Source of the DNA: the human T2T-CHM13v2.0 reference genome, Homo sapiens
Assembly: GCF_009914755.1 (NCBI RefSeq)
Contig: NC_060946.1
Reading direction: 5' to 3' (one strand)
Length of the DNA: 64,000 nucleotides
Positions 53,401-64,000 of the stretch are shown here, in pieces. The first letter of the stretch is position 1; every line of letters starts with the position of its first letter. Both the position numbers and the translations under genes were made by a program. The notes under the pieces were generated by a model that saw nothing but the letters and a program-made list of their open reading frames with translations, was not told the origin of the DNA and did not search any database.

Positions 53401-54006
53401 ATTCCACTGCACTCCACTCCAGTAAATTCCACTCCACTCGACTGCTCCATTCCATTCCATTCCAGTCCTTTCCACTCCACTCAAGTCCATTCCACTGCAA
53501 TACATTCCATTCCACTCTGCTCCTCTCTATTCCATTCTACTACACTCCACTCCATTCCACGCAACTCCACTCCATTCCACTCCACTCAACTCCACTCAAC
53601 TACATTCCACTCCACTGCAAACAACTCCATCCCATTCCATTAATTTCTTTTGAGAGGGTCTCCCTCTCTTACAAAGGCTGTAGCACAGTGGCACAGTCTC
53701 AGCACCCATAGCAGTCCATTCCATTCCATTATGTTCCATTGCATTCTGTTTCACTCCCCAGTCCATTCCATTCCATTCCACTCCACTCCATTTCACTCCA
53801 CTCCACTCCATTCCACTCCACTCAACTCCACTACACTCCTCTGCATTCCACTCCATTCCATTCCATTCCATTCCGTTCCATTCCATTCCATTCCTCTCCA
53901 TTCCACTGCACTCCACTCGACTCCACTGAATCCTCTTACACTCCTTTCTTTCGACACGACCTCTGTCTGTCACACAGGCTGTAGCACAGTGGCACAATCT
54001 CAGCAT
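32400..54006 (-). repeat. Satellite domain II: ~37 embedded Alu 3'-end fragments, variant B
   Basis: Recurrent GACAGGATCTCCCTCTGTCACACAGGCTGTAGCGCAGTGGCACAATCTCAGCAC (e.g. 32884-32937, 43118-43171). The last copy is at 53953-54006. Confidence 0.88.
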
Positions 54007-57000
54007 CCATTCTGTTCCGTTTGGTTCTTTCCATTCATTTCCATATTATTCCACTCGGCTCCACTCCATTACATCCGATTACATTCGACTCCATTCCGCT
54101 CCTCTCCACTCCACTGCACTCCATTCCACTCCATTCCACTACATTCCTCTCCACTCCACTCCACTGCACTACATTCCATTCCATTCCATTCCACTCCACT
54201 TCACTCCTCTACATTCCATTACATCTGATTCCATTCCAATCCATTCCACTTCACACCACACCTCCATTCCATTCCATTCCTTTTCACTCCACTCCACTGC
54301 ATTCCATTCCATTCCATTCCACTCCACTCCACGACACTGCATTCCATTCCTCTCCACTCCATTCCATTCCATTCCATTCCATTCCATTCCGTTCCATTCC
54401 ATTCTATTCCACACTACTCCATTCCTTTCCGCTCCATTCCAAACCATTCCATGAAACTTCATTCCTTTCCACTCTCTTGGATTCCATTCATCTTTACTCC
54501 ATTCCTTTCCACTCCACAACATTCCATTTCTCTCCACTCCATTTCACCCCATTCCAATCCATTTCGTTCCACTCCACTACACTCCATTCCATTCCATTCA
54601 ACTCCACTCCATTCCTTTCCATTCTATTCTATTCCATTCCATTCCACTCCACTGCCTTCCATTCCACTGCATTCCATTCTGGTCTGTTCCACTCCATTCC
54701 ATTCAATTCCATTTCATTCCACTCCACTACATACCAATCCTCTCCAATCATTTCCACTCCATTCCATTCCACTCCTATCCACTCCACTCCATTCCACTCC
54801 ACTCCATTTCATGGCATTCCACTCCATTCCATTGCACGCCATTCCAGATCAATCTACTCCACTCCATTCCAATCCATTCTACTCTTCTCCACTCCAATCG
54901 TCTCCGTTCCATTCCACTAAATTCCGTTCCATTTGACACCACTCCACTGCCCTCCATTCCATCCCATTCCATCTATTCTATTCCACTCCACACCATTTAA
55001 TTCCACTACACTCCACAGCCACCCACTCCACTAGACTCCATTCGACTCCACTCCACTAAACTCCATTCCACTCCATTCCAATCCACTCCATTCCTCTCGA
55101 TTCCACTCCAACACATCCCATTCCATTCCATTAAACCCCATTGCATGCCATTCCATTCCACTCCACCCCATTACCCTCCAGCCCACTGCATTCCACTCCA
55201 CTCCATTCCACTCCTCTTCATTCTACTCCTCTAAATTCCAATCCACTCCATTGGACTACTCTCCATTCCATTCAATTCCTTTGAATTCCATTCCACTCCA
55301 TTCCATTCTATTACTCTTCAGTCCATTGCTCCCCACTCCACTACACTCCGCACCAATCCACTGCACACCAGTCCACTCCATTCCATTCCATTCTTTTCCA
55401 TTACTTTCCATTTCACTCCACTCCACTCCATTCCATACCATCCCATTCGTTTCCACACCCCTCCACTCCAATGCACTCCACTACAATCCACTCTGTTCCC
55501 TTCCATTCCACACCATTCCACTCCTCTCCAATCCATTCCACTCCACTCCATTCCATTCCACTACACTCCATTCCATTCAACTCATTTTCATTACATAGCT
55601 TTCCACTCCATGGCATTCGATTCTATTCCATTCCAATCAATTCCACACCATTCTATTCCACTCCAATACATTCCACTCCACTCCACTCCGTTCCACTCCA
55701 ATCGACCTCACTCCACTACACTCCATTCAATTTCATTCCATTCCATTCCTTTCCACTCCACTCCAGCCCATTCTATTCCATTCCATTCCACTGAACTCCA
55801 CTTCATTCCACTGAACTCCACTCATTTCCCTCCACTCCACTCCGTTCCATTCCATTCCACTCCATTCCATTCCACTACACTCCATTCCAGTTCACTCTAT
55901 ACCATTCCATTCCACTCCACTCCACTCCATTACACTCCACTCCATTCAACTCCATTCCATTCCTTTCCATTTCATTTCACTCAGTTCCATTCCACTCCAC
56001 TCCATTCCATTCCACTCCATTCTTTTCACTCCATTCCACTCCATTCCATTCCACTCCACTCCACTCCACATCACTAAATTTCAGACCACTGCACTCCATT
56101 TCATTCCATTCCATTGCACTCCACTCCACTCCACTCCACTCCATTCCATTCCACTCTGTTCCATTCCATTTCATTCTTCTCCATTACATTCCACTCCACT
56201 CCATTCCATTCCACTCCATTACATTCCACTCCATTCCACTCAATTCCATGCCACTCCATTCCATTCCACTCCATTCCACTCCATTCCACTCCACTCCATT
56301 CAATTCCCCTCCACTCCATTGCATTCCACTCCAAACCATTCCATTCTATTCCATTCGACTCCCTTTTATTCCACTCCACTCCATTCCGTTCTACTCCTCT
56401 CCATTCCACTGCATTCCACACCATTACATTCTACTCCAATCCACTTTACTCCACTCCACTCCACTCCATTGCATTCCACTCAACTCCACTCCATTCCATT
56501 CCATTCCATTCCTTTCCACTCCATTCCAATCCATTCCATTCTATTCCATTCCATTCTACTCCCCTCCATTCTATTCCATTCCATTGCACGACACTCTGTT
56601 CAATTCCATTCCCCCCATTCTACTCCACTACTTTCCGTTCCATTCCAAATGATTCCAAACCACTCCACTCGATTGCACTCCATTCCATTCCACACCATTC
56701 CACTCCACTGCTTTCTGTTCCCCTCCATTCCATTCTACTCCACTCCTTTCCAATCCACTCCACTGCATTTCATTCTATTCTACTGCACTCCACACCATTC
56801 CGTTCCATTCCATTTCTTTCCATTCCATTACACTATTCTCCATTTCATTCCTTTCCATTCCTATCCATTCCATTACTCTCTAGTCCATTCCTTTCAACTC
56901 CACTCCACTCCACTCCATTCCACTTTATTCCACTCCAGTACATTCCTTTCTATTCCATTAAACCCCACTACACTCCACTCCACTCAATTGCACTCCTCTC

Positions 57001-60000
57001 CACTCCCTTCAATTCCACTCCAATCCATTCCATTCAATTCCACTACTTACCACTCCATTCCACTCCATTCCATTCCAGTCCACTCTACTCCACTGCACTA
57101 CACTCAGTTCCATTCCGTTCTTTGCCATTGTATACCATTCCATTCAATTCTCTCCATTCCACTCCAACCTTCTGTGCACCACTGTTCTCCACTCAATTCC
57201 TCTCCACGCTATTCCAGTCTGCTGCATTACATTCCATTCCTTTTCACTCCATTCCATTCCTGTCCACTTTATTCCAATCGATTCCTCTCCATTCCACTCC
57301 CTTCCATTCCCTTCCCTTGCATTCCGTTCCATTCCACTCCCCTCTATTCCATTCCACTCCATTACACTCCACTACACTCTGTTCCACTTCACTCCGCTCC
57401 ATTCCAATTCACTCCATTCCGTTCCACTCCATTCAATTCCATTCCATTCCACTCCACTCGACTCCATTCCATTCCAGTCCACTCCATTCTATTCCATTCC
57501 ATTCCACTCCATTCCGTTCCACTCCACTCCTCTCCATTTCACTCCACTCCATTCCATTCCACTCCACTCAACTCTAATCCATTACATTCCATTCCACTAC
57601 ATTCGATTTCTCTCCACTCCACCCAAATTCACTCAACTCCATTCAACTCCAATCCACTCCACTCCAATCCATTCCACATCATTCCATTCCACTCTATTCC
57701 ATTCCACACCACTCCATTCCATTCCACTCCATTCCATTCCAGTCTATTCCATTTCATTCCATTGCACTCCATTCCACTCCACTCCATTCCACTCTATTCC
57801 ACTCCACTCAACTCCATTCCACTCCTGTACACTACATTTCATTCCACTCTACTCAACCCCAATCCTCTCCATTTCATTCCAGCCTATTCCATTCTACTCC
57901 ACTCCATTCCATTCCATTCCATGTCATTCCATTACACTCCATTCAATTCTGCTCCACTCCATTCCACTCCACTCCTTTCCACTCCACTCTATTCCACTCC
58001 AATCCACTCCAATCCATTCCACTCCATTCCATTACATTCCATTCCACTCCACTGCATTCCATTCCATGACTCTCCATTCTACTCCATTCCATTCCTCTCC
58101 ACTCCACTCCACTCCATTCCATTGTATTCCATTCCATTCCACTCCATTCCATTTCATTCCATTTCACTCCACTCAATTCAGTTCTCCTCCACTTCACTCC
58201 ACTCCGTTCCACTCCACTCCATTCCATTCCACTCCACACCTTTCTATTCTATATTTTCCCCTCCACTCCATTCCATTCCATTAGACTCCACTCCAGCCTG
58301 CTCCATTCCATTCCTCTCCACTCCATTCTATTCCGTTGCATTCCTTTAAAATTCATTTAATTCCTTTCCACTCCAGTTCTTTGCAGTGCATTCCCTTACA
58401 CTCCATTCCATTCCGCTCTTCTCCATTTCAATCCACTCCACTCCACTCCCCTCCATTTCACTCCACGCCACTCCATTCCTCTCCACTCCACTCCATTCCA
58501 CTACATTCCATTCCACTCCACTGCATTCCATTCCTCTCCCCTCCATTCCGTTCCACTCCATTCTATTCCATTACATTCCAATCCATTACACAACTCTCCA
58601 TTCCTCTCCACTCCACTCCATTCCACTCCATTCCACTGCATTCCATTCCATTCAACCCCATTCCATTCCACTCCATTCCATTCCACTACTCTCCTTTCCA
58701 ATACACTCCATTCCAATCCACTCCACTCTACTCCACTCGACTCCATTCCACTCCAGTTGTATCCAATCCAGTCCAATCAAATCCATTCCACTCCACTCCA
58801 GTCAAATCCATTCTACTCTATTGCATTCCCTTCCACTCCTTTCCACACTATTACACGCCGCTCCAATCCATTCCTCTCAACTTCATTCCATTCCACTCCA
58901 TCCCATTACATTTCACTCCATTCCATTCCATTCCACTCCATTCTACCCCATTCCATTCCACTCTGCTCCACTCTACTTCAGTCCACTCCACTCCACTCCA
59001 ATCCTTTCTGTTATACTCCACTCCACTCCAGTCCACTCAGTTTTACTCCACTTCATTCCATTTCACACCAATCCATTCCATTGCATTCCATTCCTTTCCA
59101 TTCCATTGCACTCCACTGCATTCCATTCCACCCCATTCCACTCCACTCCACTCCATTCCACTCCACCCAATGCCACTCCACTTCACTGAATTCTGTACAA
59201 TTCCACTCAATTCCATTCCACTCCTCTCCATTCAATTACACTGCTCTCCATTCCACTCCATTCCATTTCTGTCCACTGCACTCTACTCAACTACACTCCA
59301 CTCCATTCCATTGTATTCTTTTCCATTCCATTCCATTCCACTCCATTCCATTTCATTCCACTCTACTCCAATCCATTCCCTTCCTCTCCACTACACTCCA
59401 CACCACTCCACTCTGTTCCATTCCACTCCACTCCACTCCATTGCATTCCACTTCATTCCATTCTATTCCACTCGACTGCATTCCATTCCATTCCACTCTA
59501 CTCCATTCCTTTCCACTCCATTCCAACACAATCCACTCCATTTCACTCCACTCCCCTTTATTCCATTCCACTCCACGCCATTCCACCACACTCCATTACA
59601 CTCCTCTCCACTCCACTACACTACACTCAATTCCATTCCATTCCTCTCCACTCCACTCCATTCCACTCTACTACATTCCACTAGAATCCACTCCATTCCC
59701 CTTCAGTCCATTCCATTGCATTCCATTCCATTCCATTCCATTCCATTCCACTAAAATCTATTCCTCTCCAATGCACTCCATTCCACTCCACTCCATTCCA
59801 CTCTACTCCATTCGAATCCATTCCACTTCGTTCCAATGCAGTCCATTCCATTCCATTCCACTTCACTCCGTTCCATTCCACCCCATTCCAATCCACTCCA
59901 GTACACTCTTCTCTACTCCACTCCATTCCATTCTATTCCACTCCACATCACTACATTCCATTCCATTCCACTCTACTCCAGTACACTCCATTCCAATCCA

Positions 60001-63000
60001 TTCCAATCCATTCCATTCCATTCCACTCCATTAGACTCCATTCCACTCCATTCCATTCCTTTCCATTCCGTTTCATTCCATTCCACTCCACTCCACTTCC
60101 TTCCACTCGTCTCCATTGCACTACACTCGATTCCATTCCATTCAGTTCCACTCCATTGTATTCCACTCCACTAATTTCCACCCCATTCCACTCCATTCCG
60201 TTACGCTCCTCTCCTCTGCACGCCACTGCACTCCATTACACTCCACTCCACATGACTCCACTCTGCTAAAATCCACTCCATTCCATTCCACTTCACTCTA
60301 CTGTACTCCGCTACAGTACATTCCCTTCCACTCCACAGCACTACACTACATTCCACTCAAAACCATTCGACTCATCTCCATTCCATTCCACCCCACTCCA
60401 CTTCATTCCGTTCCACTCCACTCCACTAGATTCAACTTCTCTCCACACAATTCCACTTCATTCCACTTGATTCCACTCCAGTACATTGCATTGCACTCCA
60501 CTCCATTCCATTCCACTCCACTCCATTCCATTCCACTCCGTTCCATTCCATTCCATTCAACTCCATTTCGTTCCCTTCCATTCCACTCGACATCACTCCT
60601 TTCCATTCTGTTCCACTCTACACCACTACACTCCATTGCTTTCCAATGCATTGCACTCCATTGTTTTCCATTCGACACCACTCCATTCCATTCCACTCCA
60701 TTCCTTTCCGTTCCACTCCATTCAATTCCATTCCATTCCACTCCGTTCCATTCCATTCCACTCCACTACACTCCTTTCCACTCCAATCCACTGTACTCCA
60801 CTTTATTCAATTCCATTCCATTCCACTCCATTCACTTCCACTCCACTCCATTCCATTCCACCACACTCCATTCCATTCCACTCCACGCCACTGGACTTCA
60901 TTGAACTCCAGTCCACTCCACTCCCCTCTACTGAAATCGACCACATTCCATTCCACTCCACTCCATTCCACTGCAATCAATTCTACTCAACTCCATTCCA
61001 TTCCAATCTAATCCATTCCATTACATTCCATTTGACTTCATTCCATTCCACTGCACTCCATTCCATTTCACTCCGTTCAGTTCCAATCCATTCCACTCCG
61101 TTGCATTCCATTCACTTCCACTCCACTCCATACAAATCCATTCCACTCCGTTTCATTCAACTCCATTCCATTAGATTCCATTCCACTCCACTCCAATCCA
61201 TTCCACTCCACTGCTTTCCTTTCCACTCCACTCCATTCCATTCCACTCCATTCCTTTCCATTCCACTCCATATCATTCCATTACATTAAACTCCATTCCA
61301 TTCCATTTTTTTCAACTTCACTCCACTCCATTTAATTCCGTTACACTCCACTCCACTACAATCCATTCCTTTCCAATCCATTCCCCTCCATTCCATTCCA
61401 TACGACTGCACTCTATCCCATTCCATTCCACTCCTTTCCGTTAAATCCATTCAATTTCATTCCCTTCTGCTCTACTCCACTCCACTCCATTCCATTCCAT
61501 TCCATTCCCTTCCAAACCAATCCACTCGACTCCACTCCATTCCATTCCACTCCATTCCAATCCACCCAACTCCATTCCACTCCAATCCATTCCACTCCAC
61601 TCCATTGCACTCCACTCAATTCCAATCCATTCCTTTCCACTCCACTCCACTCCATTCCATTCCAATCTATTTCACTCCATTGCGTTCCACTCCACTCCAC
61701 TGCAATCCATTCTATCCCATTCCATTCCACACCACTCCTTTCCAATCAATTCCATCCCATACCATTCCACTCCACTCCATCCCATTCCATTCCATTCCAG
61801 TCCGCTCCACTCCATTCCATTCCACTCTACTCCACTGCTCTCCACTCCACTCCATTCGTGTCCACTCCACTCCAATCCGTTCCACTCCTCTCCATTCCAC
61901 TCCACTCCACTGCTCTCCACTCCACTCCAATCGTGTCCACTCCACTCCAATCCGTTCCACTCCTCTCCATTCCACTCCACTCCACTCTTTTCCACTCCAC
62001 TCCATTCCTTTCCACACCATTCTAATCCATTCCATTCTACTCCTCTCCATTCCATTCCATTCCACTCCATTACATTCAATCGATTCCATTCCACTTCAAT
62101 CCATTCCACTCCACTCCATTCCTATCCACTCCAGTCCACTCCACTACATTCTATTCCAACCCATTGCATTCTATTCCACTACACTCTATTCCACTAAAAT
62201 CCATTCTACTCCACTCCATTCCATTCCATTCCATTCCATTCCATTCCACTCCACAGCACTCCACTCCACTCCACTACATTCCATTCCAGTCAATTCCACT
62301 CCATTCCATTCCCCTCAACTACACTTCTCTTCACTCCACAACACCCTGTTCCTGTCTATTCCATTCCACTCCACTCCATTTCTTTCCATTACACTCCACT
62401 TTATTGCATTACATTCAATTCCACTCCATTGCATTCCATTCCACTACACTCCTTTTCTTTCCATTCCACTCCACTTTATTCCATTCCATTCCATTCCACT
62501 CCGTTCCATTCCATTCCACTACAATGCACTCCACTCCATTCCACTCCAATCCATTCCATTCCACTCCCCTCCATTCCATTCCACTACGTTCCATTCCATT
62601 CTATTAAACTCCATTGTATTCCATTCCGTTCTACTCCACTTCACTCATTTCCATTCCATTCCACTCCACACCTCTACACTCCATTGCTTTCCAATCCATT
62701 CCAATCATTTGCTATCCATTCCACACCACTCCATTCCATTCCACTCCACTCCTTTCCGTTCCACTGCATTCCATTCCTTTCCATTCCACTCCATTCCATT
62801 TCCTTCCATTCCACTCCACCCCGTTCCACTCTGCTCCACTGTGCTCCACTTCATTGCATTCCATTCCATTCCACTCCATTTAATTCCACTCCACTCCATT
62901 CCATTACACCCCACTCCATTCCACTCCACTCTATTCCACTGCCTTGCATTTCATTCCACTCAATTCCATTCCACTTCACTCCATTCCACTCCAATGCATT

Positions 63001-64000
63001 CCACTCCATTCTATTACTTTTGACTCCATTTCATTCCACTCCATTCCATTCTATTCCACTCCAATCCATTCCATTCAATTCCACTCCATTCCATTTCATT
63101 CCGTACCACCCCATTCCATTCCACTCCACTCCATTCCATCCATTCCATTCCACTCCAATCAATTCCATTCCATTCCACTCCACTCCATCTGTCTCCACTG
63201 CATTCCATTCCACTCCACGCCACTCCACTCCATTGCACTACAGTCCACTCCACTCCACTCTACTGAAATCGACTCCATTCCGTTCCACTCCACTCCACTC
63301 CACTGCAAGCAATTCCACTCCTCTCCATTCCATTCCAATCTAATCCATACCATTCCAAATCTATTTCATTACATGCCATTCGACTTCATTCCATTCCACT
63401 GCACTCCATTCCATTTCACTTAGTTCCATTCCATTCCATTCCACTCCGTTGCATTCCATTCCATTCCACTCCACTCCATACATCTCCATTCCATTCCGTT
63501 TCATTCAACTCCATTACATTCGATTCCATTCCACTCAAATCCAATCCATTCCACTCCACTGTTTTCCATTCCACTCCACTCCATTCCATTCCACTTCACT
63601 CCTTTCCATTCCACTCCATTGCATTCCATTGCATTCAACTCCATTCCATTCCATTTTTTTCAACTTCACGCTACTCCATTTAATTCCGTTACACTCCAGT
63701 CCACTACTATCCATTCCTTTCCAATCTATTCCACTCCATTCCATTCCATTCCACTCCACTCCATCCCATTCCACTCCACTCCTTTCCGTTCCAATCCATT
63801 CTATTCCATTCCATTCCACTCCATTCCACTACACTCCATTCCATTCCATTCCATTCCAAACGAATCCACTCGTCTCCACTCCATTCCATTCCACTCCATT
63901 CCATTCCACTCCATTCCATTCCACTCCACTCCATTCCACTCCAATCCATTCCACTCCACTCCATGGAACTCCACTCAATTCCAATCCATTCCTTTCCACT
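54007..64000 (+). repeat. Satellite domain III: Alu-free diverged pentamer array
   Basis: No GACAGG...CAGTGG insert seen in ~10 kb. Marker pairs suggest a ~2.3-kb period near the end. Confidence 0.8.

Larger units (their letters stand above)
9152..64000 (+). repeat. Human satellite 3 (HSat3)-type array, diverged (CATTC)n/(CACTC)n, C-rich strand on +, running off the window end
   Basis: Continuous degenerate pentamer repeats with no strand switch seen. G is nearly absent on + outside the Alu-derived inserts. The CATTCGATTC-dense regularity of HSat2 is lacking. Confidence 0.95.

Noticed and set aside
9316-54006. CRISPR-like repeat/spacer appearance
   Set aside because: The repeats are Alu-derived, the spacers are long low-complexity satellite, there are no cas genes, and the DNA is human.
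9316-54006. Many independent Alu insertions, or functional Pol III Alu/7SL RNA genes
   Set aside because: The fragments share breakpoints and private variants, and lack TSDs, poly(A) tails and A/B-box promoter regions.
9101-64000. Hundreds of ORFs ([10 protein letters not shown] on +, MEWNG/VEWSG on -), up to 1067 aa at 30017-33220
   Set aside because: They are direct translations of CATTC/CACTC pentamers, which contain no stop codons. The ORFs overlap in all frames and have no domain content.

Overview
Human genomic DNA at the edge of a pericentromeric-type satellite block; no protein-coding gene is supported. Positions 1-9151 are AT-rich sequence with interspersed repeats: an AluSc, a 5'-truncated L1PA3/4-like element with a short 3' transduction, an ERV1-type solo LTR, an old L1M 3' end, an antisense L1PA ORF2 fragment cut by the satellite, and a human-specific L1HS Ta-1 insertion. 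That insertion can be reconstructed as a twin-primed (5'-inverted) event carrying a ~135-bp 3' transduction. Positions 9152-64000 are a diverged HSat3-type (CATTC/CACTC)n array. Its first ~45 kb is composite: about 100 copies (counted by eye) of a ~55-bp antisense AluJ/FLAM-like 3'-end fragment occur every ~150-1800 bp, in two sequence variants, and mark higher-order repeats of ~4-5 kb and ~3.5-4 kb. The last ~10 kb has no Alu fragment and shows a ~2.3-kb period. All HSIPF/MEWNG-type ORFs are artefacts of the pentamer repeat. I see no clear evidence of a new biological system. The best leads are the Alu-punctuated satellite architecture (built-in inverted repeats, arrayed splice-acceptor motifs) and the traceable young L1 transduction. 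The chromosome cannot be assigned from the sequence alone.
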